NCBI GenBank assembly: GCA_035253505.1
Contig: DATFCC010000021.1
Span: forward strand, 1-40,030
From: Hyphomicrobiaceae bacterium
GTDB taxonomy: Bacteria > Pseudomonadota > Alphaproteobacteria > Rhizobiales > Hyphomicrobiaceae
Direction: 5' to 3'
Length of the DNA stretch: 40,030 bases
Shown: positions 1 through 8,513 of the stretch, in pieces
Numbering within the stretch: position 1 is the first letter of the stretch
Layout: each line of letters begins with the position of its first letter
Translations under genes and position numbers: made by a program
The notes under the pieces: model-generated
The model's database searches: none
What the model saw: only the letters and a program-made list of their open reading frames with translations
What the model was told of the DNA's origin: nothing

Positions 1-727
1 GCGGCTCGCCGTCGGCCATGCCCACCTGGGCGGCGAGCAGCAGGCGCGTGTCACCCACGGTGCGGCCCATCGGCCCCAGCACGGAGAGGGGCGTCCAGCC
101 GAGCTGCCGGAACTCCATCGGCACCACGCCGGGCGAGGGCCGCATGCCCACCACGCCGCAGTAGGCCGCGGGGATGCGCAGCGAGCCGCCGGTGTCGGAA
201 CCGGTGCACACCGGCAGCATGTCGCACGCCAGCGCCACCGCCGAGCCGCCCGACGATCCGCCGGCATTGAGGCGCGGATCGAACGGGTTGCCCGTGGCGC
301 CCCAGACGGCATTGCGGGTGTTGGCGCCGGCGCCGAACTCGGGAACGTTGGTCTTTGCAACGACGATCGCGCCCGCCTTGCGCATGTTGGCGACCATGGC
401 GCAGTCGCGTGCCGCACGATGGTCGCGGTAGAGCGGGGAGCCGTGCGTGGTGAGCAGGCCTTCCGCGTCGTGCAGGTCCTTGATGCCCGCCGGCAGCCCG
501 TGCAGGAGGCCCAGCGGCTCGCCGTCGCGCACCGCTTTCTCGGCTGCCTTCGCCTCTCCGCGCGCCCGCGCGTAGACCGTGTCGCAGATGGCATTGACGG
601 CCGGGTCGAGCGCCGTGATGCGCGCGATGGCGGCTTCCACCAGCTCCACCGGCGAAACCTCCTTGCTGGCGACGCGCCGCCGCATCTCGACGCTCGACAG
701 CGACAGCAACTCGCTAACTCCGGCCAT
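1..727 (-). CDS. Amidase (amidase-signature family), N-terminal part only; the gene runs off the left edge
   Basis: Absent from the ORF track because it has no stop codon inside the window. Reverse-strand translation from the ATG at 727 gives MAGVSELLSLSSVEMRRRVASKEVSPVELVEAAIARI...KTNVPEFGAGANTRNAVWGATGNPFDPRLNAGGSSGGSAVALA...GSDTGGSLRIPAAYCG. This contains the Gly/Ser-rich amidase signature. An AGGAA Shine-Dalgarno (SD) lies about 8 nt upstream. The gene lies 51 bp downstream of the MlrC-like gene on the same strand. Confidence 0.85.
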   Translation of the reverse strand, partial: MAGVSELLSLSSVEMRRRVASKEVSPVELVEAAIARITALDPAVNAICDTVYARARGEAKAAEKAVRDGEPLGLLHGLPAGIKDLHDAEGLLTTHGSPLYRDHRAARDCAMVANMRKAGAIVVAKTNVPEFGAGANTRNAVWGATGNPFDPRLNAGGSSGGSAVALACDMLPVCTGSDTGGSLRIPAAYCGVVGMRPSPGVVPMEFRQLGWTPLSVLGPMGRTVGDTRLLLAAQVGMADGEP

Positions 728-778
728 CACGCCATTCCTATCTGTATTTCCGATCCATCCAGGCGCCTGCTGCAGGCG

Positions 779-2248
779 CTAGAAAATCAATCCCGGCCTG
801 GTCTCGGCATCGAGCGGCCAGATCGGGCGCTGCACGCGCGTGTAGGGCAGCTTGCGGTAGTCGCGCGCCAGCGGTGCATCGGAATCGACGTAGATGACGC
901 GCTTGGCGATCGGCCCGAACGCCGCCATGAAATGATTGGTCGACTTGCACACCACGATGCGCCGCTCGCGCGGATCGATGCCGACGTTGGTGAACAGCTC
1001 CAGGCCCAGCGCCTGCGTGCGATTGGTGATGAGCACCACCTCCACGCCGCCGATGCGGATCGCCGCGCAGTCGCCGACCGGCACCTTGGTCGGCCCGAAG
1101 CTTTGCCAGCAGTCGCGCGCGAGCCGCTCCACTGTGACCGTGGCGTCGATCGGGGCACCCGACGCAGGGCCGATCTTGCCGCCGAAGCGCAGCGGCAGGG
1201 TGGCGCCCTCGCCGGCATCGAAGCAAAGGCGCACGGCCACCGGGTCCCAGATCGGCGCCACCGCCGCCCCCTTGGCGTCGCGCTCGATCAGGTGGCGCAG
1301 GATGCTGGTATTGTCGGACGGTGCGCCGCCGCCGGCGTTATCGGCCGGGTCGGCCATGACGACGGGGGCCACGTTGCTTGCCACGGCTGCCGCCACGCCC
1401 TCGGGAATCGTGAAGAACTGCGGCATGGTCTTGCCGCGCATTGCCATCAGCTCCTCGCCGAGCTTCGTCGCCAGCCGGTCGGCCTTGCCCTTGTCGCCGT
1501 CGGCGATCACCAGCACGCGGCTCGTATTCTCGGGGACGTCGGCGTACGGGAAGCCGTGCACGATGGAGATCGACAGGATGCCGTCCCTGCCCTCCATGGC
1601 CTTGATGCGATCGACGAAGGCGCGCATCAGCGGCTCGGTCGTCGGATACATCTGGAGCTGCCGGCAGTCGTAGAGCGACATGACGGGGTCGACTCTGCCG
1701 CGCAGCTTGCCGAGGATGAGGTCGAGCACCTCCTCGGCGCGCTCGACCACGTCGGTGTGCGGATACTCCTTGTAGCAGATGATGACATCGCAGGCGGCCA
1801 TGCGCTTCAGCGTCATGTGGCAGTGCGGGTCGAGCTCGACGCCAATTGCGCAGCGCTCGCCGGCGATGGCGCGCGCCCGCTCGATGATGTCGCCTTCCAC
1901 GTCGTCGTAGCCGTAGGCCACCATGGCGCCGTGCAGCCCGAGCAGAATGCCGTCGACCGGCAGCGCCGCCCGGAGCTGGGTCAGGATCTCGTCGCGCATC
2001 GCCTCGTAGGCGGCCCGGTTGGTGGTGCCGGCCGGGCTCGCCGCAAAGCAGCTCCCCTCGATCAGCGTGAACCCCTCCGCGGCCGCGCGGCGGCGGGCGA
2101 TGAACAACGGCGCCGTGCACATGCGCGGCGCGTCCTCGGGATGCTCGCCCGGCCGCAGGAAGACGCATTCCTTGTAGGCTTCCAGGCTCGTCGGCAGGGG
2201 CGAAAAGGTGTTGGTCTCGGTGGCCAGCGTGGCAGCAAACAGGCGCAT
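779..2248 (-). CDS. MlrC-family (M81, microcystinase C-like) metallopeptidase
   Basis: Part of ORF 779..2278(-). The N-terminus MRLFAATLATETNTFSPLPT and the blocks GILLGLHGAMV, CYKEYPHTD and IVHGFPYADVPE match the MlrC N- and C-terminal domain family. I prefer the internal ATG at 2248 over 2278. Confidence 0.85.
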   Translation of the reverse strand: MRLFAATLATETNTFSPLPTSLEAYKECVFLRPGEHPEDAPRMCTAPLFIARRRAAAEGFTLIEGSCFAASPAGTTNRAAYEAMRDEILTQLRAALPVDGILLGLHGAMVAYGYDDVEGDIIERARAIAGERCAIGVELDPHCHMTLKRMAACDVIICYKEYPHTDVVERAEEVLDLILGKLRGRVDPVMSLYDCRQLQMYPTTEPLMRAFVDRIKAMEGRDGILSISIVHGFPYADVPENTSRVLVIADGDKGKADRLATKLGEELMAMRGKTMPQFFTIPEGVAAAVASNVAPVVMADPADNAGGGAPSDNTSILRHLIERDAKGAAVAPIWDPVAVRLCFDAGEGATLPLRFGGKIGPASGAPIDATVTVERLARDCWQSFGPTKVPVGDCAAIRIGGVEVVLITNRTQALGLELFTNVGIDPRERRIVVCKSTNHFMAAFGPIAKRVIYVDSDAPLARDYRKLPYTRVQRPIWPLDAETRPGLIF

Positions 2249-2315
2249 GAAGGCAAAGCTCCCGGAACGTGCCGACAATCAAGCATCGAAATCCGCTGCC
2301 TGCAAACGACCCTTC

Positions 2316-2348
2316 CGCAAAAGAAAAAGGCCCCGCCGAGGCGGGGCC
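2316..2348 (-). terminator. Rho-independent terminator downstream of the HU-like gene
   Basis: On the minus strand the sequence reads GGCCCCGCC-TCG-GCGGGGCC followed by TTTTTCTTTTGCGG. Confidence 0.75.
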
Positions 2349-2372
2349 CAGGAAAACCACGGGATCGACGGC

Positions 2373-2693
2373 TCAGATGGCCTCTTTGAGGTCCTTGGCC
2401 GCGCGGAAGGCAATCTTCTTGCTGGCCTTGATCTTGATGGCCTCGCCCGTGGCCGGGTTGCGGCCCATGCGGGCCTTGCGCTTGCGCACCTGGATGATGC
2501 CGAGACCGCCGATGCGGATGCGCCGGCCCTTCTTCAGGTGCTTGGCGATGTCCTCGACCATGCCCATCAGCATGGCGTTGACCTGCGCCTTCGGCAGGCT
2601 GTGGCCCTCGGCCAAAGTCGCCGCCAGATGCTTGAGGGTGATGGTTTCCGCCTTCACCGCCTTTTTCGCCGAAGCGATGCGGGGAATGCTCAT
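2373..2693 (-). CDS. HU/IHF-family DNA-binding protein
   Basis: Part of ORF 2373..2849(-). From the ATG at 2693: MSIPRIASAKKAVKAETITLKHLAA...IRIGGLGIIQVRKRKARMGRNPATGEAIKIKASKKIAFRAAKDLKEAI. This is the classic HU arm motif R-x-A-R-x-GRNP-x-TGE-x-I. Confidence 0.85.
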   Translation of the reverse strand: MSIPRIASAKKAVKAETITLKHLAATLAEGHSLPKAQVNAMLMGMVEDIAKHLKKGRRIRIGGLGIIQVRKRKARMGRNPATGEAIKIKASKKIAFRAAKDLKEAI

Positions 2694-2960
2694 TTCGGTT
2701 TTCCGCATGTGCTGCCCTTTGCTGCGATTTGCGCTGCTGATTGCCCGGAAATGCATTGATTTGATTTCAATATCGGCGTTTGCCGATTCGCGGTATCGGA
2801 AATCCCGGTTGTCGCTGGTAAACAATGGCTTGCGTGGTCGGATTGCCACGGCATGTGCAAGTCACGGGTGCGCCTGCAATGGCGATTGCGCTTGCAATTT
2901 CGTTGCAGTCGACGCAAACGATGCAGCCGAGCTCATTTTCCAATCGGCCGGGAGATACGC
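2694..2960. promoter_or_regulatory. AT-richer divergent promoter region shared by the HU-like and H-NS-like genes
   Basis: Locally AT-rich tracts such as tgcattgatttgatttcaatatcgg, flanked by two divergent start codons. Contains the short palindrome TTGCAATTTCGTTGCA. No specific promoter boxes were assigned. Confidence 0.4.
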
Positions 2961-3275
2961 ATGGCAAAAAGCACCAGCCTCGACAAAATGTCGTTTGCCG
3001 AATTGACGGCCATGCAGGCCGAAATCAGCCGCCTCAAAGCCGAAAAGCAGAATACCGAGCGCAATGCGTTGCGCCAGAAGCTTACGGATATTGCCCGGCA
3101 GCACGGTTTCGACATTCACGAGCTTTTCGGCCGGGGGCGCAAAGGCACGGTGGCCGTCAAATACCGTGATCCGAAGAATCCCGCCAACACGTGGACCGGC
3201 CGCGGACGGATGCCGCGCTGGATGGTCGCCGCCACCAGGGGCGGCAAGGCTCGCAAGGAGGATTTCCTCATTTAG
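2961..3275 (+). CDS. H-NS family nucleoid-associated protein
   Basis: Part of ORF 2853..3275(+), with the ATG at 2961. The N-terminus is coiled-coil-like (MSFAELTAMQAEISRLKAEKQNTERNALRQKL). The C-terminus carries KYRDPKNPANTWTGRGRMPRWM, the H-NS core DNA-binding motif TW(S/T)GRGR-x-P-x-W. Confidence 0.85.
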   Translation: MAKSTSLDKMSFAELTAMQAEISRLKAEKQNTERNALRQKLTDIARQHGFDIHELFGRGRKGTVAVKYRDPKNPANTWTGRGRMPRWMVAATRGGKARKEDFLI

Positions 3276-3372
3276 TCCACAGGCCCGTCGCCGGGCCGCA
3301 TGGCGGGGGACTTGCCAGCGCTGCCGCGTTATTCTGCGCCGGAGGAGCGGGGTCGAAAACGAGGCGCGTCAC

Positions 3373-3876
3373 ATGAGAACGGCCGCGGCATGCGTCGTGC
3401 TGATGCTCGGCTCGGGCCTGGCCGAGGCGGGCCCCGTGCAGGACTGCAACGACCCGCGTGACCCGGGCCGCCAGCTGCGCGGCTGCAGCGCCTACATCCG
3501 GACGGGCAAAGGCGAGCCGGCCGATCGGGCCGTCGCCCATCTCAACCGGGCCAACGTCTACGCGCAAAGGGGGCGATATTCCCAGGCCTTCGCCGACTAT
3601 GCCTCGGCGCTGGCGCTCGACCCCGCCAATCCGCTGATCCTCTACAACCGCGGCAACGCCTATTTCGACCTCAAGCAATACCAGCGCGCCGCCGCGGACT
3701 TCACCCGCGCCGTGCAGCTCGACCCGCGCTTCGGGCTCGCCTACTACAATCGTGGCCTGGCCCTGGAGCGCCTCGGCGATGCCACGGCTGCCGCCGAGGA
3801 CTACCGGCGCGCCCTGACCTTCGACACCGCCTCCGCGCTGGCACAGAAGGCGCTCGAGCGCCTGCAATCGCAGTAG
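3373..3876 (+). CDS. Secreted tetratricopeptide (TPR) repeat protein
   Basis: In-frame ATG at 3373 within ORF 3064..3876. The signal-like N-terminus is MRTAAACVVLMLGSGLAEA. Repeated TPR units follow (NRANVYAQRGRYSQAFADYASALALDP, YNRGNAYFDLKQYQRAAADFTRAVQLDP, YYNRGLALERLGDATAAAEDYRRALTFD). Confidence 0.8.
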   Translation: MRTAAACVVLMLGSGLAEAGPVQDCNDPRDPGRQLRGCSAYIRTGKGEPADRAVAHLNRANVYAQRGRYSQAFADYASALALDPANPLILYNRGNAYFDLKQYQRAAADFTRAVQLDPRFGLAYYNRGLALERLGDATAAAEDYRRALTFDTASALAQKALERLQSQ

Positions 3877-4016
3877 AGCCATCGCCCCTGCGCCCCGACG
3901 TCCTGGTGCCCTGCGTGGGGGCATGCTTCAGTGGCGCCGCATTCGCGAAATGATGCGGGACGGCCGTGGCGCGACGCCGGGCTGCCCGTGCGGCAGCAGC
4001 ATCGGGAGTTCGGAGC

Positions 4017-5174
4017 GTGGGCAATCGAGACAAGACACGGCTGGTGCATGCCTCGCGCGGTGGGCTCGACGGCGAGGTCGGAACCGTCAATCCCGCGGTG
4101 GTGCGCTGCTCGACCGTGCTCTATCGCGACATCGCCACGCGCCGCGCCGTGCAGGCGCGGCGCGCCAAGGGTGAGCGCACATTCTCCTACGGCGCCAACG
4201 GTACGCCGACGTCTTTCGCCCTCGAGGACGCCATCAACGAGGTGGAGGGCGGGGTGCGCACCGCCCTTTTTCCGACCGGGCTGGCGGCCATCGCCCACGT
4301 GTTCCTGTCCTGCCTGAAGCCCGGCGATCACGTGCTGCTGGCCGAGACGATCTATGGCCCCGCCCGCGCCATTGCTGTCGAGTACATCGCCAAGCGCGGC
4401 ATCGCCTGCGAGTTCTACCAGGGCGGCCACGCGGAGGTGGAGAGGCGCCTGCGGCCCGAGACACGTCTCGTCTACCTCGATAACCCCGGCTCCATCGTCT
4501 ACGACATCCAGGACGTGCCGGCACTGGCGAAGCTCGTCGCCGGCCGCGACACCCTGCTCGCCGTCGACAACACCTGGGGATGTCCGGGCCTCTACCGGCC
4601 GCTCGCGCTCGGTGCGGACATCTCCATCGTCGCCCTCACCAAGTACGTGGCCGGCCATTCCGACTTGATGATGGGGTCGGTGTCGGCCGGTCCGCGCTGC
4701 GCCGACCGCATGTGGAGCGACGCTCGGCTGCTCGGCCAGACGGTCAGCCCGGACGAGGCCTATAGCGCGCTGCGCGGCCTGCGCACGGCCGCCGCCCGTC
4801 TCGCCATGCACCAGGCGCACGCACGCGAGGTGATCGACTGGCTGCAGCGCCAGCCCCAGGTGCGGCGCATCCTCTATCCCGCCCTCCCGACTGATCCGGG
4901 CCACGCCTTGTGGAAACGGGACTTCACCGGCGCCAACAGCCTGTTGTCCGTCGAGTTCGAGCCTGGCATCGCTGCCGCCGCGGCCGACCGCCTCGTCGAC
5001 AGCCTGCAGCTCTTCGGCATCGGCGCGTCGTGGGGCGGCTACGAGAGCCTGGCGCTGACCTACCCGTCCATCCACGGCTGGACCGGCGGGGCCCTGGTGC
5101 GCCTGCACATCGGGCTGGAGGACCCGGCCGACCTGATCGCGGACCTTGGCCGCGCCTTCGCGACCCTGGCATGA
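4017..5174 (+). CDS. metC: PLP-dependent Cys/Met-metabolism enzyme, cystathionine beta-lyase-like
   Basis: ORF 3966..5174(+). The probable start is the GTG at 4017, which follows GGAG. Motifs include TRLVHASRGG, GTVNPAVVRCSTVLY, NTWG and the PLP-lysine block ALTKYVAGHSDLMMG. Confidence 0.78.
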   Translation: MGNRDKTRLVHASRGGLDGEVGTVNPAVVRCSTVLYRDIATRRAVQARRAKGERTFSYGANGTPTSFALEDAINEVEGGVRTALFPTGLAAIAHVFLSCLKPGDHVLLAETIYGPARAIAVEYIAKRGIACEFYQGGHAEVERRLRPETRLVYLDNPGSIVYDIQDVPALAKLVAGRDTLLAVDNTWGCPGLYRPLALGADISIVALTKYVAGHSDLMMGSVSAGPRCADRMWSDARLLGQTVSPDEAYSALRGLRTAAARLAMHQAHAREVIDWLQRQPQVRRILYPALPTDPGHALWKRDFTGANSLLSVEFEPGIAAAAADRLVDSLQLFGIGASWGGYESLALTYPSIHGWTGGALVRLHIGLEDPADLIADLGRAFATLA

Positions 5175-5241
5175 TAGGGGACAGATGGCAGATGGCCGGT
5201 CCAGCCGGCCGATGTCCTTGCGTGGGGAGACGAGACGCCAG

Positions 5242-6405
5242 ATGCCGCAGCCCATCACCTGCATCGAGGACCTGCGCGTCCTGGCCAAGCGGCGTGTGCC
5301 GCGCATGTTCTACGACTACGCCGATTCCGGGTCCTGGTCGGAAAGCACTTATCGCGCCAACGAGGCCGACTTCCAGCGCATCCATCTGCGCCAGCGCGTG
5401 GCGGTGGACATGTCGAACCGCACGCTCGCCACCACCATGGCCGGCCAGCCGGTGAGCATGCCGGTGGCCCTCGCTCCCGTCGGCCTGACGGGCATGCAGC
5501 ATGCCGACGGCGAGATCCTCGCTGCGCGCGCCGCCGCCGCCGCAGGCGTGCCGTTCACGCTCTCGACCATGAGCATCTGCTCCATCGAGGACGTTGCCGA
5601 GAACACCACCCAACCCTTCTGGTTCCAGCTCTACGTGATGCGCGATCGCGACTTCATCGATCGCCTCATCGGCCGCGCCAAGTCGGCCGGCTGCTCGGCG
5701 CTGGTGCTGACGCTGGACCTGCAGATCCTGGGCCAGCGCCACAAGGACGTGAAGAACGGCCTGACCGCGCCACCGCGCATGACGCTCGCCAACATCGCCA
5801 ACATCGCCATGCGGCCGCGCTGGTGGGCCGGCATGCTGCGCACCAGGCGGCGCACCTTCCGCAACATCGTTGGCCACGTGAAGGGCGTGAAGGATACGCG
5901 CGACCTCTCCACCTGGACCGGCGAGCAGTTCGATCCCACCCTGAACTGGGACGACGTCAAGCGCATCAAGGACCGCTGGGGCGGCAAGCTGATCCTCAAG
6001 GGTATCCTCGATCCGGCGGATGCCGAGCTTGCGGCCCAGAGCGGTGCCGATGCCATCGTCGTCTCCAACCATGGCGGGCGCCAGCTCGACGGTGCCCTGT
6101 CGTCGATCGCTGCCCTGCCGAGCATCGTCCGGGCCGTGGGCAACCGCATCGAGGTGCTGATGGACGGCGGCATCCGCTCCGGCCAGGACGTCATCAAGGC
6201 GCTGGCGCTCGGCGCCAAGGGCGTCTTCATCGGCCGCGCCTACGTCTACGGCCTCGGCGCCATGGGCGAGGCCGGCGTCGCCAAGTCGCTCGACATCATC
6301 CGCAAGGAGCTCGACGTCACCATGGCGTTGTGCGGCCTGCGCGATATCCGAAAGGTCGATTCCGACATCCTCGCGAGGCCCAATGGCAATCTCCCGCCTC
6401 TCTGA
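5242..6405 (+). CDS. FMN-dependent alpha-hydroxy-acid dehydrogenase (L-lactate dehydrogenase / LldD-like)
   Basis: ORF 5146..6405(+), preferred ATG at 5242. Matching blocks are MFYDYADSGSWSESTYRANEADFQRIHLRQRV, FWFQLYVMRDRDF, LVLTLDLQILGQRHKDVKNGL, IVVSNHGGRQLDG and MDGGIRSGQDVIKALALGA. Confidence 0.85.
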   Translation: MPQPITCIEDLRVLAKRRVPRMFYDYADSGSWSESTYRANEADFQRIHLRQRVAVDMSNRTLATTMAGQPVSMPVALAPVGLTGMQHADGEILAARAAAAAGVPFTLSTMSICSIEDVAENTTQPFWFQLYVMRDRDFIDRLIGRAKSAGCSALVLTLDLQILGQRHKDVKNGLTAPPRMTLANIANIAMRPRWWAGMLRTRRRTFRNIVGHVKGVKDTRDLSTWTGEQFDPTLNWDDVKRIKDRWGGKLILKGILDPADAELAAQSGADAIVVSNHGGRQLDGALSSIAALPSIVRAVGNRIEVLMDGGIRSGQDVIKALALGAKGVFIGRAYVYGLGAMGEAGVAKSLDIIRKELDVTMALCGLRDIRKVDSDILARPNGNLPPL

Positions 6406-6419
6406 CGAACGAGGCCGTC

Positions 6420-7208
6420 ATGCCGCGACGACTGATTGACATCTCCTCGCCGCTCAAGGCCGGCATCAAAAGCGATCCGCCGCATGCCCTGCCGAAGATC
6501 GAATACCTCGACCATCATCAGACGGCGCCGGCGATGGCCGAGTACATGGGCGTGCGGCTCGACCAGCTTCCGGACGGGGAGTACGCCGCCGTCGAGCGGG
6601 TCGCCATCAGCACCCACAACGGCACGCATCTCGATGCGCCCTACCATTATTTCTCCACCATGAACCATGCCCTCAAGCCGGGCGGCGAGCCGTCCTGGCG
6701 CATCGACGAGGTCCCGCTGGAATGGTGTTTCCAGCCGGCCGTCAAGCTCGACTTCCGCCACCTGCCCGACGGTTACGTCGCCACGCCCGGCGACGTGGAA
6801 GCCGAGCTCGCACGCATCGGCCACAGCCTGCGCCCTTTGGAGATCGTGGTGGTCAACACCTCGGCCGGTGCCAAATACGGGCAGGACGACTACGTCGATT
6901 CCGGCTGCGGCATGGGCAAGGCCGCCACCTTGTGGCTGCTGGAGCGCGGCGTGCGCCTGGTCGGCACCGACGGCTGGAGCTGGGACGCGCCCTTCTCGCA
7001 CACGCGCCGCAAGGTGGCCGAGACCGGCGATGCCGGACTGATCTGGGAGGGCCATCGCGCCGGCCGTGAGATCGGCTACTCGCACCTGGAGAAGCTTCAC
7101 AATCTCGAGGAGCTTCCGCCCAACGGGTTCGAGGTCGTCTGCTTTCCCGTGAAGATCCATCGCGCCTCGGCCGGCTGGACCCGGGCCGTCGCCATCCTTC
7201 CCGAGTGA
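6420..7208 (+). CDS. Cyclase-family protein (kynurenine formamidase-like fold)
   Basis: In-frame ATG at 6420 inside the long ORF 5823..7208, 14 bp after the previous stop. Carries the H-x-G-T-H-x-D-x-P-x-H motif (STHNGTHLDAPYH). Also has GTDGWSWD and a C-terminal FPVKIHRASAGWTRAVA. Confidence 0.8.
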   Translation: MPRRLIDISSPLKAGIKSDPPHALPKIEYLDHHQTAPAMAEYMGVRLDQLPDGEYAAVERVAISTHNGTHLDAPYHYFSTMNHALKPGGEPSWRIDEVPLEWCFQPAVKLDFRHLPDGYVATPGDVEAELARIGHSLRPLEIVVVNTSAGAKYGQDDYVDSGCGMGKAATLWLLERGVRLVGTDGWSWDAPFSHTRRKVAETGDAGLIWEGHRAGREIGYSHLEKLHNLEELPPNGFEVVCFPVKIHRASAGWTRAVAILPE

Positions 7209-7235
7209 AAAGCTGTGACCTTGCGCGCCCACGAC

Positions 7236-7338
7236 GTCATGCCCGTGAAGGTGGCATCCACGCCAGCCGATCGCCGGGCAACATCGCCGTTCCATGTTCA
7301 CTTGCGTGGATTCCCGCCTTCGCGGAAATGACGTTGCG
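7236..7338 (+). repeat. Composite REP-like intergenic repeat, family A, copy 1
   Basis: GTCATGCCCgtgaaggtGGCATCCACGCCAGCC...CTTGCGTGGAttCCCGCCTTCGCGGaaATGACgTTGCG. It shares these blocks in the same order with the copy at 8421..8513. Each half contains a short hairpin. Confidence 0.75.
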
Positions 7339-7385
7339 AAAGAGGCGTGGAAGGCGATGAGATAGCTGTTCGAGGAGTGCACCAC

Positions 7386-8268
7386 ATGCGCATGCGTGAC
7401 CCCAAGGCCCTGATCAGCACCGGCGAGCTCGCGAACATCCTGGGTCAGCCCGGGGTCAGGGTTTACGACTGCACGACCTATCTCGAGCCCACGCCCGCCG
7501 GCAGCGATGATCCCTATATCGCCGTGCCGGGCCTGTGCACCTTCGAGGAGGCGCACATCCCGGGTGCCGATTTCCTCGACCTGCAGGGTGAGTTCTCCGA
7601 CCAGGGCACGCGCCTGCGCTTCATGATGCCGCCCCCCCGCGCGGCTCGAGGCCGCCTTCGGCCGCCACGGCATCGGGGAGGGCGTGCGCGTGGTGCTCTA
7701 CAGCATCGGCAGCATGATGTGGGCGACGCGCTTCTGGTGGATGCTGAAGTCGCTGGGCTTCGACGACGCAGCGGTGCTGGACGGCGGCTTCGACAAATGG
7801 AAAACCGAGGGCCGCCCGGTCGAGAGCGGGCCCGCCAAGGGCTATCCGCCGGCGACGTTCAAGGCCAAGCCGCGGCCTGGCTTCTTCGTCGACAAGGGTG
7901 CGGTGTCGGCATCGATCGGCGACAGGTCGACCGTCCTCGTCAATGCCCTGGGGCCTCAGTTCCACAAGGGCCTGGAGCCCAGCCGTTACGGCCGACCGGG
8001 CCGCATACCGGGCAGCGTTAACGTGCCCGCGGCAACCCTCGTCGAGGCCAGGAGCAAGGACTTCACCTCGCTCGCCGACGCGGCGGCCAAGTTCGAAGCG
8101 CAGGGTGTCACGAAGGACAAGCGCGTCGTGTGCTACTGCGGCGGCGGCATCTCCGCCACCATTGACCTCTTCCTGCTGCACCAGCTCGGCTACGACAACC
8201 TCACCCTCTACGACGGCTCCATGGGTGAGTGGGCCAAGGACAAGGCGCTGCCCATCGAAACGGATTGA
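7386..8268 (+). pseudogene. sseA: Two-domain rhodanese (thiosulfate/3-mercaptopyruvate sulfurtransferase, SseA-like) interrupted by a +1 frameshift in a C7 run
   Basis: ORF 7347..8021 encodes MRDPKALISTGELANILGQPGVRVYDCT...EEAHIPGADFLDLQGEFSDQGTRLRFMMPPP and then degenerates into Arg/Gly-rich sequence. The frame of ORF 7684..8268 reads, from 7639, ARLEAAFGRHGIGEGVRVVLYS...RVVCYCGGGISAT...DGSMGEWAKD. The two frames join seamlessly if one C is removed from CCCCCCC at 7632..7638. The total length is 3n+1. A GAGGAG SD precedes the ATG at 7386. Confidence 0.8.
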
Positions 8269-8275
8269 GGCAGAA

Positions 8276-8311
8276 GGGGTCTGACCCCGTTCCCAACTGA
8301 CCCGTCTCCCC
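8276..8311. repeat. REP-like repeat, family C (GGGGTCTGACCCC palindrome)
   Basis: aGGGGTCTGACCCCgttcccaactgacccgtctcccc, immediately after the sulfurtransferase stop. The same core recurs at 35839..35850, 35889..35901 and 35915..35924. Confidence 0.65.
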
Positions 8312-8420
8312 AATCCCGAGAATGGAGAAGCCAATGACCTTTTTCTCTCAGGCGGTCATGGCCAGGGTCACGTACGGCTACGTCTCGGCACGGGTTGAGG
8401 CCAACGACGCATCCTCCAAC

Positions 8421-8513
8421 GTCATGCCCACGCAGGTGGGCATCCACGCCAGCCACTCGGCGCCTGATACCGAGGCTTGCGTGGAGCCCCGCCTTCGCGG
8501 GGATGACTTTGCG
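8421..8513 (+). repeat. Composite REP-like intergenic repeat, family A, copy 2
   Basis: GTCATGCCCACgcaggtGGGCATCCACGCCAGCC...CTTGCGTGGAgCCCCGCCTTCGCGGGGATGACtTTGCG. Contains two hairpins (ATGCCCAC/GTGGGCAT and CCCCGC/GCGGGG). It explains the spurious ORF 8322..8528. Confidence 0.8.

Noticed and set aside
419-2389. 656-aa plus-strand ORF
   Set aside because: It is antisense to the well-supported amidase and MlrC-like genes. The translation is Arg/Ala/Gly/His-rich low-complexity sequence with no recognisable motifs. This is a typical shadow ORF of GC-rich DNA.
3877-4016. Possible SAM-II or other methionine riboswitch upstream of the metC-like gene
   Set aside because: I recognised no pseudoknot-type SAM-II core (…GCUUG…AAAGCU…). 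The region is short and GC-rich. This was not tested computationally.
3801-7673. Minus-strand ORFs 3801..5306, 4924..6072 and 6246..7673
   Set aside because: They are antisense shadows of the metC-like, LldD-like and cyclase genes, and have no motifs.
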